Origin: Nitrospirales bacterium
GTDB taxonomy: Bacteria; Nitrospirota; Nitrospiria; Nitrospirales; UBA8639
DNA length: 64,000 nt
Direction of reading: 5' to 3'
NCBI GenBank assembly: GCA_963422365.1
Contig: OY729426.1
Span: 1,792,001-1,856,000 of the forward strand
The translations under genes were made by a program, and so were the position numbers. Below, one piece after another: positions 1 to 8,802 of this stretch (within the stretch, counting starts at the first letter, position 1; each line of letters starts with the position of its first letter). Below the pieces are notes generated by a model. That model was not told the DNA's origin, ran no database searches, and was given only the letters and a program-made list of their open reading frames with translations.

Positions 1-155
1 CCAAAAAGACTTAACATAACCTTTGTTTTTAATGCAAGATAAATTGTGATGTCTTCTTACAAAAGAGTAAAACGAATAGGAACGAGCGCAATAACGGGTC
101 ACCCACTAGGGAGCAGGTCAGGAAGTTTTGACGGGGATTCTTGAATATCGATAGA

Positions 156-350
156 GTAGAGCCCATACTGGGTTACGGCTTGGCACATGCCGTATGCAGC
201 CCCTGGCCTTTCCGTATTTGTCGCTGCGGCAGCGTATGCCGTGCGGGGAAGAACGCGCGATAAGATCACGCGGCTACAAATACAAAAGAGAGAACGGAAG
301 GCGCCATGAGGCCTGTCCCTGTCTCCGAGCAGGGATAGTGCCGCTACTAC
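156..350. repeat. GTAG...CTAC REP-like palindromic element, degenerate
   Basis: The segment cggggaag..gcgcgataagatc.cgc..ctacaa (244-279) recurs at 45310-45341. The region is intergenic, starts with GTAG and ends with CTAC. Confidence 0.5.
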
Positions 351-379
351 TACAAATTTTCACGATGAGGTTTTAAGAA

Positions 380-1735
380 ATGGTTGAAGTTCCTATAAAG
401 CTCTATGTTCAAGGTCTTGCAAAACGAGCCAATGCCGCGACCCGTCCCCTTTCGCTGATGACGGGTCATGACCGTGCTGTGGCCCTCAGGGCCATGGCGG
501 AACAGCTGGAAGCGAGCATTGAAGACGTGTTGACAGCCAATCAACAGGATCTCGATGCCATTCCCAAAGAGTGGGCGACGGATGAATATCGGAACGCGAG
601 AGAGCAAATTTCCGTGACGGAACACACTATTCTCGATATCGTCACATTTATTCGTAGGATTGCAGAAGAACCTGATCCCACAGGGGAAGTGTCTCAGGGA
701 TGGTTGACGCAAGAAGGTCTGCAAATTCATCGAGTTCGTGTTCCTATTGGGGTCATCGCCGTCATCTCCGACTATGGTCCGTCCGTGGTCGCTGAATCGA
801 TTGCGATGTGTCTTCGGTCGGGTAATGTGTGTGTGGTTCGGGGTGGCAGGGAATGGTTTTTGACAAATGCTGCGGTGGCAAAGGTCTTGCGTGATACGGC
901 AGAACAACATGGCGTGCCTCAAGGGGCTCTCACGTTTGTGGATCGACCCGATCGAGAGGGCGTGCTTGAACTCACCCGATTGCGAAATCTGGTTCATGGC
1001 GTCGTCCCCCGAGGAAAAGCGAGTTTGCGCAAAGCGATTATGGAGCAGTCGCGGGTTCCGGTTTTAGGTTATGACGGCGGAGTGTGTCATGTCTATGTCG
1101 ATAAAGAGGCGGATGTACCGTTAGCTCAAGGGGTCGTGGTGAATTCCAAAATTCAGGATCCGCTTGCCACCAACGCTGCCGACACGATTTTAGTCAATCA
1201 GGCCATCGCGCGGCAGTTGCTGCCTGGCCTTCTTCGGCGGTTGCTCAGTGAATTTACGGTCGATCTCATTGGCTGTCCGAAAACCGTCTCCATGATGGGC
1301 ATCATGGCAATGACCGGTCATAAGGGGATTCGAGCAGCCACGGATGAAGATTGGGCACACAAAAGGCAGTCGATGACGCTGGGAATTAAAATCGTCAAAG
1401 ATCTTGACGAAGGCCTTGCGCATATTGCGGCTTTCGGGCCTGGGCATACCGATACGATCGTGACCCGTCATTACGAAACAGCCATGCGATTCGTCCGAGA
1501 AGTGGATTCCAGCGCGGTGTTGGTGAATGCCTCGACCCGCTTACATTCAGGGCCGCAAATGGATCTAGGTGAAGAACTGGGGGTGAATACCTCTCATTTC
1601 CACGTGAGAGGGCCGTTGACGCTTCAAGCCCTGACGACGGAAAAATATGTTGGGTTTGGATCTGGCCAATTACGACAGCCGCATCCTGTGCCTCAGGCGT
1701 ATCAGGATGCCATGATGTTATCCGCGAAGTTTTAG
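380..1735 (+). CDS. gamma-glutamyl phosphate reductase (ProA)-like protein, divergent, catalytic Cys absent
   Basis: Family motifs RVPIGVI, GN..V.RGG, CHVYVD, NASTR and H.RGP are present. The usual VCNA motif reads ATNA. Confidence 0.85.
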   Translation: MVEVPIKLYVQGLAKRANAATRPLSLMTGHDRAVALRAMAEQLEASIEDVLTANQQDLDAIPKEWATDEYRNAREQISVTEHTILDIVTFIRRIAEEPDPTGEVSQGWLTQEGLQIHRVRVPIGVIAVISDYGPSVVAESIAMCLRSGNVCVVRGGREWFLTNAAVAKVLRDTAEQHGVPQGALTFVDRPDREGVLELTRLRNLVHGVVPRGKASLRKAIMEQSRVPVLGYDGGVCHVYVDKEADVPLAQGVVVNSKIQDPLATNAADTILVNQAIARQLLPGLLRRLLSEFTVDLIGCPKTVSMMGIMAMTGHKGIRAATDEDWAHKRQSMTLGIKIVKDLDEGLAHIAAFGPGHTDTIVTRHYETAMRFVREVDSSAVLVNASTRLHSGPQMDLGEELGVNTSHFHVRGPLTLQALTTEKYVGFGSGQLRQPHPVPQAYQDAMMLSAKF

Positions 1736-1875
1736 GAACCTCTGATTTATTGCACTATCAGGCGCATGGCGGCGTGGTGTCCTTGCTCAACCCTCACCTA
1801 TCTCTGTGATAAGCCTGGGGTTTCGCTGCGGGACACCTTGCCTGCATTCCGCTATCACCATAAATCAGAGGTTCC
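1735..1875. mobile_element. MITE with perfect terminal inverted repeats and TTA flanks
   Basis: ggaacctctgatttat (1735-1750) is the exact reverse complement of ataaatcagaggttcc (1860-1875). TTA lies on both sides (1732-1734, 1876-1878). There is an internal ggtgtcc/ggacacc stem and no ORF. Confidence 0.8.
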
Positions 1876-1929
1876 TTAGTCGTTTCGCAACGTTCTCTAC
1901 CCAAGGGCTTATGGCTCAGTGTTCCTCCC

Positions 1930-3384
1930 ATGGTCAAATTGGACATTGCTCAGTATCTCGCCAAATGGGGACTTCGGAAATTTAACGATGAAGATTCTTA
2001 TTATGCCTGGCAACGGCAATCCTTATCCGGAGATCGACTTCAGCTTCTTCAGCAAGCAGCGCAAACCTGTCGTGAAGGAGCGGACACCGGCGCGGATCAG
2101 GAATTTTATGATCTCGCGGCATCTTCCGACATGCTTCCTGTTTTATACAGCCAGCGATACGGCTACTATCACATGCTCGGCCCCATGATTGTGAATGTGC
2201 TGGAGGGGGGGCAGCGCGTGTTAGACGTTGGGTGTGGGGTCGGTATTCTCACGATCTGGTACGCGGCCTGTCTTCCGAACATGACTGTTCTGGGCATTGA
2301 TCGGTCACTGAAATCGATTGAAGTGGCGCAGCAGCGTGCTCAATCATGTCATCTCGAGAACGTAAGTTTTCGCCATTGCGAATTTCCTCAACACATGCTA
2401 CCCGGGGCATTCGATACCATCGTGTCCACGCAAGCCCTGTTTCAATCAGAATTTGATCCGGGGCTTCCGAGTCGGAGTTGGACTACCTTTGAACGAGATC
2501 GGGATACACAGCAACAATATGATCTGGAAAAGCGGACGGGTCTTGGTCCTCGTTTAGACTGTTTTTTGCAAGTGCTGGTCTCCTCAGGCCGATTCGTGCT
2601 CTTTGAAAAGGCCGTTCACTTAGGAAGACGCGTGTTGTTCCAGCGGGCTTTGGAAGCGAGAGGGTGTCTGCCCATCGCGGATCCACGGCTCCTGACGTAT
2701 TCGGAACTTGGGGAGTCGGTTGAGGAGGGGCCTTTGTACGTGATGAAACAAGGTTCCTCTTTTCCTGCTGTGGCGTTTCATGAAGACGTGCAGCACGATT
2801 TGCCACACGGTCTGTATTGTTGCCAAGGAACCCGTGCAGATTTCGTGTATGCCAAGTTACCGAAATATGACGTGTATTCGGAGAACGTGGTTGCGAATGT
2901 CGGGGGAAAGAATGGGTCTTACGAAATGGGTCGAACGGGCGGGGGGTTAGGATATGTCCGTCTCATGATTCATGGGATGTTTTCCGGTCTGCTGGTTGGA
3001 ATGATGGAACTCCAGCCCCGTATGGTTGAGCTTGTCAGGCATGCGCTACAGCAGGGACAAACGGAAGAGCCCATTGAGACTCGACTCACATGTTTCTGGT
3101 CGGAACAGGAGAGCGGTTCACTCGAGCAGGCTCCTCTGTACGAAAACCATTTTCCTGCTGCCGAGGAAGTTTGGCGAAAGCTTCCGGACCGAGTGGTCTT
3201 GCAACAGAAAACGGACGAGGAGGCAAATGGGCGACAACGCCACATTGAATATGGGCGCTGTGCAGGGCATGTCCATTATCTGTATTGGGCAAATACCTTT
3301 GATCAACGGCAAATTGTCGTAATGGATCAGGAGCGAAGTCCCCTGTTAGAGACCTATTATTCTGAAGCAATTGGGGAGCGATAG
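1930..3384 (+). CDS. class I SAM-dependent methyltransferase domain protein
   Basis: Motif I VLDVGCGVG, acidic GID, and FDTIVS. The C-terminal half is not recognised. Confidence 0.8.
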   Translation: MVKLDIAQYLAKWGLRKFNDEDSYYAWQRQSLSGDRLQLLQQAAQTCREGADTGADQEFYDLAASSDMLPVLYSQRYGYYHMLGPMIVNVLEGGQRVLDVGCGVGILTIWYAACLPNMTVLGIDRSLKSIEVAQQRAQSCHLENVSFRHCEFPQHMLPGAFDTIVSTQALFQSEFDPGLPSRSWTTFERDRDTQQQYDLEKRTGLGPRLDCFLQVLVSSGRFVLFEKAVHLGRRVLFQRALEARGCLPIADPRLLTYSELGESVEEGPLYVMKQGSSFPAVAFHEDVQHDLPHGLYCCQGTRADFVYAKLPKYDVYSENVVANVGGKNGSYEMGRTGGGLGYVRLMIHGMFSGLLVGMMELQPRMVELVRHALQQGQTEEPIETRLTCFWSEQESGSLEQAPLYENHFPAAEEVWRKLPDRVVLQQKTDEEANGRQRHIEYGRCAGHVHYLYWANTFDQRQIVVMDQERSPLLETYYSEAIGER

Positions 3385-3430
3385 ACAATGATTCAGGAGG
3401 GCAAGCCTTTTGAATGCCCTGTTGGAGAAA

Positions 3431-3506
3431 TGGTGGCGGTGAAGGGTTTCGAACCCCTGACCCGCGGCTTATGAGTCCGCTGCTCTACCAACTGAGCTAC
3501 ACCGCC
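3431..3506 (-). tRNA. tRNA-Met(CAT), probably elongator
   Basis: The reverse complement reads GGCGGTGTAGCTCAGTTGGTAGAGC...CT CAT AA...GGTTCGAAACC...CACCGCCACCA. It is 76 nt with an encoded CCA and a paired G1-C72, so it is not the initiator. Confidence 0.93.
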
Positions 3507-3622
3507 ACGTGACATTTTCATCCACAGTGGATATACCATATGGAATGACGTTTCAACAATTTCTGTGCCGCCTCTTTGAGAACGACAGGTTCGCCGATCA
3601 ACAATTCAGAGAATCCGAAAGA

Positions 3623-4813
3623 CTAATGAGTGCGTTTGTCGTCAATCTCACCGGAAAGGGCATTCAAGACCCCAAGTGCTTGTTCGCTGAGTTCAACCGG
3701 TTGGTCATCAGTTTGGTGGGCGGGGAGCGCATCATCTTTGGACTGTGGCTTTGTGGATTTGAGGAGTTCCTCTTCGAGTTCATCGAGTGTGGGTTCGGAA
3801 TCGGATTGAATGGCAAATAACCGTTGAAGGGCAAAGATAGCCCGGGCATGGCTGTACCAGGGGCCACTGTGTTCACTGTCATGAATGCGAGTGATTAATT
3901 GCCAAAAGCTTGACTCGCTTCCTTCTGGCATAGAGCCGTCCGCGAATGTTTTGAGTTTTTCAATCAACGCCTCTTCCGTTCGCTCGATGCCGGGGATGAA
4001 GGTGACAATCGAACGCTGAGAAGGTCTTTTAGAAAGAACGCTTAGGGTCTCTCTCCAGAAATCTGCGTACACTTGATGAGGGCCGGACGACGAGATCTCT
4101 TGATCGAGTTTTGCTTGCAGAGCAGAGATGTATTGGGTTAACGCCTTGACCTTCCTTGCAGAAAGGCTTCCCAACGGGATCCCCCAAATATGAGCGACTT
4201 CGTGATCTTGCAAAGAAGAGAGCCCCGAGAGTTCATACTCTTGCTTTGCCGTGTTGAATCGCCGTCGTTGTCTTTCCCGTCGTCTGAGCAGGGTCTGATA
4301 TTCAATAAGCAACCGTTCACGGTGAAAATCGTCTTCCGAGATTTCTTCTTGCTCCATTGCGCGGTCTAACCGGCGGATTTCCGGTCTCGGGAGTGAGGCC
4401 ACGGCGGTTTTTTTGCGGTCCTTCAGCTCCACCGGGTCAATGTGAAATTTTGAAGTGAGCAGCCCTTCAGCCGCCAGAATGGTTAAATCGGTCAGAGCGA
4501 TTTGTTTTTTCAGGCATTCGACTTGGAGCCAAGGACGTTCGCGTTTTTGACGAAGAAACCCGCTATATTGTCCGATGCGCGAAGTGACTTCATGGATAGC
4601 CGCGACAAGCGAGGTTTTTTTCTGGGGTTGCTCCCCAGCTGAAAAACGAGAGTCCGGCTGATCCTCCACAATGAAGTGAATATCCTCTTCAGACGGTTCC
4701 AGATACTGAAGCAGGAGCAGACGGATCATAATCCGGCTTTGGACGGGAAGGGCCTCGATGACTGATTCGATGAGTTCAAACGTGAGCGGCGAACGAGTGA
4801 TCGCTGTGGTCAT
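3623..4813 (-). CDS. conserved hypothetical helical protein with sigma region-4-like segments
   Basis: About 400 aa ORF with a GGAG RBS before the ATG at 4813. See findings. Confidence 0.75.
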   Translation of the reverse strand: MTTAITRSPLTFELIESVIEALPVQSRIMIRLLLLQYLEPSEEDIHFIVEDQPDSRFSAGEQPQKKTSLVAAIHEVTSRIGQYSGFLRQKRERPWLQVECLKKQIALTDLTILAAEGLLTSKFHIDPVELKDRKKTAVASLPRPEIRRLDRAMEQEEISEDDFHRERLLIEYQTLLRRRERQRRRFNTAKQEYELSGLSSLQDHEVAHIWGIPLGSLSARKVKALTQYISALQAKLDQEISSSGPHQVYADFWRETLSVLSKRPSQRSIVTFIPGIERTEEALIEKLKTFADGSMPEGSESSFWQLITRIHDSEHSGPWYSHARAIFALQRLFAIQSDSEPTLDELEEELLKSTKPQSKDDALPAHQTDDQPVELSEQALGVLNALSGEIDDKRTH

Positions 4814-4830
4814 AACAGGACTCCAAACAG

Positions 4831-5058
4831 TCAAGAGGATTGTTCGTCTTTCGCTTCCAAATATTGTGCAACGTATTCACGGACATCTTGAATCGTTCCT
4901 TCAGCATACAATTTTCGAGGAATTTCCACGACGTGGAGGTCTTCCAGTTTTAGGCCTCGCTCAAGAGCCCATTCTTCATCGGAATACAAGGTGACGGCGC
5001 CGTCTGGATGGCGATAGACAAACAGGATATCCTTTTCTTGATCACGAGTATCTTCCAT
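4831..5058 (-). CDS. small hypothetical protein
   Basis: Protein-like acidic ORF, co-oriented with and closely spaced to its neighbours. Confidence 0.65.
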   Translation of the reverse strand: MEDTRDQEKDILFVYRHPDGAVTLYSDEEWALERGLKLEDLHVVEIPRKLYAEGTIQDVREYVAQYLEAKDEQSS

Positions 5059-5141
5059 GAGCCTAACGAAGAGCAATGTTTTCGGGATAGCACACCATAC
5101 TAGACTCTGTCAAAACAACAGAAACCGGGTCAACAAGTATT

Positions 5142-5825
5142 TCACTGCCCTGCGACGGTCCTGGCTGGTTGAAAACAGGATCGACGCCAAAACACGTAGA
5201 TGGTAAACACAACCAGCGAAAGAAAAAATACCGTGCGAATGCGCCCGTACCCGAAACAGGCAAAATTCGCGACGGTATTGCACAAGCCAAACCCGGCATA
5301 GGCCATGTAGACGAAAAGGGCCCACGGACGAAGCGTAAGGAACCCATAGCCAATGGCAAGATGAAGGGTAGGGGATTGGGCCTTCGCTAAGAGGCCAGGC
5401 ACCCCCTCGGGTTTGGAACAGAACAGGGTGAGACTGTATTCTGGGTTCGCCAAAATGATGTAGAGGTCCGTCAACGCAGTAAAGAGAAATAAGCCACCCA
5501 AGTATCGAATGTCATGGGCGTGATGCCACGCCGTTTTTAGGGCGTCCACCTGACCTGGTGGGTTGGGTAAGGAGGCTGCATAGGCTTGAAGACACCACCA
5601 AGGCATGATGATCAGCAGAGCAAAAAAGAATCCCGCGCCGGTTCCCCCAAGATGACTCAGCCCCCAGGTAATGATCCCCAGCAATCCGCCCATGGCGAGG
5701 ACCCAGGCTGTGTGGAGGGGATAGCCGCGCACCCATTGTCCGAGACCCGGGAGAAGGGAAGACAGGACCGCCCCTTTTATAGACGGTTCAAGGAAGAGAG
5801 ACGCCGACGAATCCGGTTGCTGCAT
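5142..5825 (-). CDS. integral membrane protein
   Basis: N-terminal LLPGLGQW motif and several hydrophobic helices. Confidence 0.75.
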   Translation of the reverse strand: MQQPDSSASLFLEPSIKGAVLSSLLPGLGQWVRGYPLHTAWVLAMGGLLGIITWGLSHLGGTGAGFFFALLIIMPWWCLQAYAASLPNPPGQVDALKTAWHHAHDIRYLGGLFLFTALTDLYIILANPEYSLTLFCSKPEGVPGLLAKAQSPTLHLAIGYGFLTLRPWALFVYMAYAGFGLCNTVANFACFGYGRIRTVFFLSLVVFTIYVFWRRSCFQPARTVAGQ

Positions 5826-6012
5826 GAGTTAGTTGGCTAGCAGGATATTAAAAAAGCCTTGCCCACTTCGCTCAGGATGACATGTATGTGTTGCCGGGGG
5901 TGCCAGAGTTTTTATAGGCCGTTAGGTGAATGTTTCCCTTTGGGAAGGCGAAAGGAAAAACGGCCGGCTCGCAGTGAAAAAATGGGCTTGAACGGAAAAA
6001 CCTCTCTCTGGA

Positions 6013-6720
6013 TTACCCGCCGAGGGTATCGAGGGTTTCCTTGAGGCTCTTCATGACACAGGTAAAGATGGGGACATCCCGCTTCGTGTACCGACTCCCT
6101 TCCGCCTCGCGAAGGTGCATGACAAGATCAAGAAAATCTTGAGGTTCGTCAGTTTCAAATGCCACCACGAATTCTTGATCGTCCAGTCCGAAGGAGTAGG
6201 TCGTGTTGAGTTTCACCGAGGGGTATTTGTGGCCGATTTCAATATGCTCATCCATCATCCCTTGCCGGGCGGCCTTGGTAAGGAGGTACCACTCGCGGGT
6301 TTTCTCAAAGGGATAGATGAAAATGTATTTGCTACGACCAGGCGTAATCTTCAGTCGGCGGCTTTCCTGCCCTTCATGCACATGGTGGTCCACATACACC
6401 GAGCGTTTCGTCATCGAGAGGTATGAATAGGGGTTCGTCAGATACTTCCCCAGCCCGGTGGCTAAGGCCTTGGACATTTGCTCTTGGAAGAGTTCGAGCT
6501 CGTAAGTAATGCGCCAGAGCACAAAATCACAGTCGCCACGAATGCCAACCGTCGAATACGGGACAACAATGATTTTGCCATAGAATTCCTCAATGGCTCG
6601 GATAAACTCTTGCTTGCCAGCTTGTCGTTCATCATGCCCGAGTCGGCGCCATGCAGGATCGACCTTGAAAAAGCTGAAATTGACGTATTGCCGTTTGGCT
6701 GGTTGTTCTCCTGCAGCCAT
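6013..6720 (-). CDS. chlorite dismutase-like family protein, probably coproheme decarboxylase (ChdC/HemQ)
   Basis: YLSMTKRS.Y, YPF.KTREWYLL, M.EH (proximal His) and SFGLDDQEFVV. The distal Arg of true Cld is not seen (VKLNTTYS). Confidence 0.8.
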   Translation of the reverse strand: MAAGEQPAKRQYVNFSFFKVDPAWRRLGHDERQAGKQEFIRAIEEFYGKIIVVPYSTVGIRGDCDFVLWRITYELELFQEQMSKALATGLGKYLTNPYSYLSMTKRSVYVDHHVHEGQESRRLKITPGRSKYIFIYPFEKTREWYLLTKAARQGMMDEHIEIGHKYPSVKLNTTYSFGLDDQEFVVAFETDEPQDFLDLVMHLREAEGSRYTKRDVPIFTCVMKSLKETLDTLGG

Positions 6721-6989
6721 ATGAATCCTTCCCCTGACAGGCTAAACATGAAGCAATCTGTAAAGGGACTATCTATCAATTTTTTATCGTCGTTGTCAAC
6801 GCAGTATGAGCGGGCGGTGGGGTTTCGTTTCCATCGACGAGGTTCTTTGCTCATGTGCGGTGTCCCCACGCGGTATCCGGCTTGAATCTACGTCAAAAGC
6901 CGTATACGGTTTGCACCGGCGAGAGGAGGGGTTGGCCGTTGACGAGATCTTGGTTTTATCGATCACAACAGTTGCCACGAAGCTCTTGG

Positions 6990-7553
6990 ATGCCTCTTGA
7001 GGGTGTCTGTCCCTTAGGAGGGCTTGGTGTGCTGTCTCTGGAAAGTTGGGCGATTGAAGTGTCTCCGACGAAAGCGCAGATCGATCGGGCGGTCGAGCAG
7101 GGCCTTGAGACCGTCCAGGCGCGTGTGTTGCCGAAGTGACTCGCCTGTTTCGGGTTGGATCAGGAGTTGCGCCCCAAAGGGTTTTTGATGACGAAGATGA
7201 ACGGTCTTGGCCGTGATGGCGAGCCATTTCGGATTTCCCCCCTCCGAAACGGAAATTCAGCGCATTCTCGACGAGGAAACCATGCTCGTGAGTGTGACGA
7301 TCTTCGGCGAAACACCGACCTTTGCCGATGATAGTTACATCGTGTTGAAAGAGGGGGAGGAGTTGGTCAAACCGATCAAGGTGCGATTCGATGGTGTCGC
7401 GCATCGTACCCGCATATGGCCCAAGGCTCCACGATATCAAGCCAAAGTCATCGGCACGTTTCGCTATACCCCATGGCGATGACGACGATTGTAGTCTTTC
7501 CGAGTACAGGCGGGGCGGTCTGATTTGATTTGAATTTTTCAAGTATTACTTAA
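6990..7553 (+). pseudogene. fragmented exported hypothetical protein
   Basis: Three pieces separated by stops or frameshifts: AIEVSPTKAQIDRAVEQG (stop 7139), AVMASHF...VKPIKVRFDG (7207-7482) and a C-terminal FDLNFSSIT* ending 7553. Confidence 0.6.
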
Positions 7554-7617
7554 TGTTTGCAGGTTATTCCCTTGACCATGTGAGAATTTGCATTCCCCAG
7601 TGAAAGGGTAGTCGCTA

Positions 7618-7646
7618 TTGACTGAAATTTCTTACTTGTATATAAA
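7618..7646 (+). promoter_or_regulatory. sigma70-type promoter of first OMP gene
   Basis: TTGACT-N17-TATAAA in an AT-rich spacer, followed by a purine-rich RBS. Confidence 0.6.
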
Positions 7647-7700
7647 GTATTACTAATTTTTTATTCACAATTTATCAAAAAAGAGAGAGGGAAAAGGAAA

Positions 7701-8678
7701 ATGATGAGAGCTATAGTTTCACTTTTGATGTTCGTCATCGCAACGTGGGTTTTTGTGCCAAACTTAGTGCTGGCAGGCTCGGGTTTCTATATCAGCAGTG
7801 ACCTGGGAGCCAACTTTTCCCAGGGTGTAGAATTCGAGGGAGCCACCAACGACGTAGCCAGCCATTGTGATGCCCTGACCAACCCGGGCCTCACAGGATG
7901 TAACCCCAAGGATTTTCAATACACCGGCGATTTCGTGCCGGACTGGTGGACCGATTTCGATGGCGGACAAGGCATTCTGGCGGGAGCGGCTGTAGGCTAT
8001 GGCTTTGCAGATCAATACCCGAACAGCCCCTTGAGCGGTTTCCGCGTTGAGTTGGAATATTTCTACCGGGAGTCAAAACACGATCAGACTGTCAAGGTTG
8101 GTCGTGCATCTGGCGCTACCCTCCAGAAGATTAATCGTGGCGAATTTGGGACTGGGCCGTTTGAGCGTCTCGACAGTCTCACTTCTCATAACCTATTCGG
8201 GAACCTGTTTTACGACTTTATCAACACCAGCCGGTTCACGCCCTATATCGGGGTTGGCGGTGGCGTCGGGTTTACGGAAGCGGACTATAGTAGCAACTGG
8301 ACGAGGACTGCTGATGAAGCGAAGCTTAAGGAAGGTCTGGAGGCTGATAGCCCCTCCCGCCATGACTTGGCCGCGAATGATGCTTATATTACTAACCTTG
8401 CCGGATCGTCGAGCAATGCTCAAACTACCCTCAGCGATACGCTCTATGGGCTCCAGGTACTGTTCGGCGTGGATTACGCATTCACGGAGGCGATGTCTCT
8501 GGGTCTCAAGGGGCGCTGGGTCAAATTCAGTTCCTTCAGAGACAATCTCATTTGGGATCCGTTGCGAAGTCATGATCCCTACGTGGGAAAAGACGGCAAA
8601 AATCCGGTGTCAGGGGATATGAAGACCTCGGACATCGAGTTTTTCGGCGTCAGCCTGAACCTGAAGTACCATTTCTAG
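7701..8678 (+). CDS. outer membrane beta-barrel protein (opacity/Msp4-P44-like), copy 1
   Basis: Signal peptide, FRVELEY, FTPYIGVGGG, QVLFGVDY and a C-terminal aromatic motif LNLKYHF. Confidence 0.85.
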   Translation: MMRAIVSLLMFVIATWVFVPNLVLAGSGFYISSDLGANFSQGVEFEGATNDVASHCDALTNPGLTGCNPKDFQYTGDFVPDWWTDFDGGQGILAGAAVGYGFADQYPNSPLSGFRVELEYFYRESKHDQTVKVGRASGATLQKINRGEFGTGPFERLDSLTSHNLFGNLFYDFINTSRFTPYIGVGGGVGFTEADYSSNWTRTADEAKLKEGLEADSPSRHDLAANDAYITNLAGSSSNAQTTLSDTLYGLQVLFGVDYAFTEAMSLGLKGRWVKFSSFRDNLIWDPLRSHDPYVGKDGKNPVSGDMKTSDIEFFGVSLNLKYHF

Positions 8679-8802
8679 TGTTTTGCTTTATGACGAAGGG
8701 GTGTCATCTCACGTGGTCGAGCCCCCTTGATTTCCGTAGCGGCTGCATCTTTAGTTGTTCCGTTTTTCCTTCCTTGTTTCTCTTTAACTTTGCATTCTCT
8801 CA

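Noticed and set aside
1930..3506. Island integrated at tRNA-Met
   Set aside because: No duplicated tRNA 3' end or integrase is visible in the window.
6796..7542. Long antisense or overlapping ORFs (e.g. 6796-7542, 350-997, 12956-13630, 44184-45077)
   Set aside because: They are shadows of real genes or pseudogenes on the other strand and carry no recognisable motifs.
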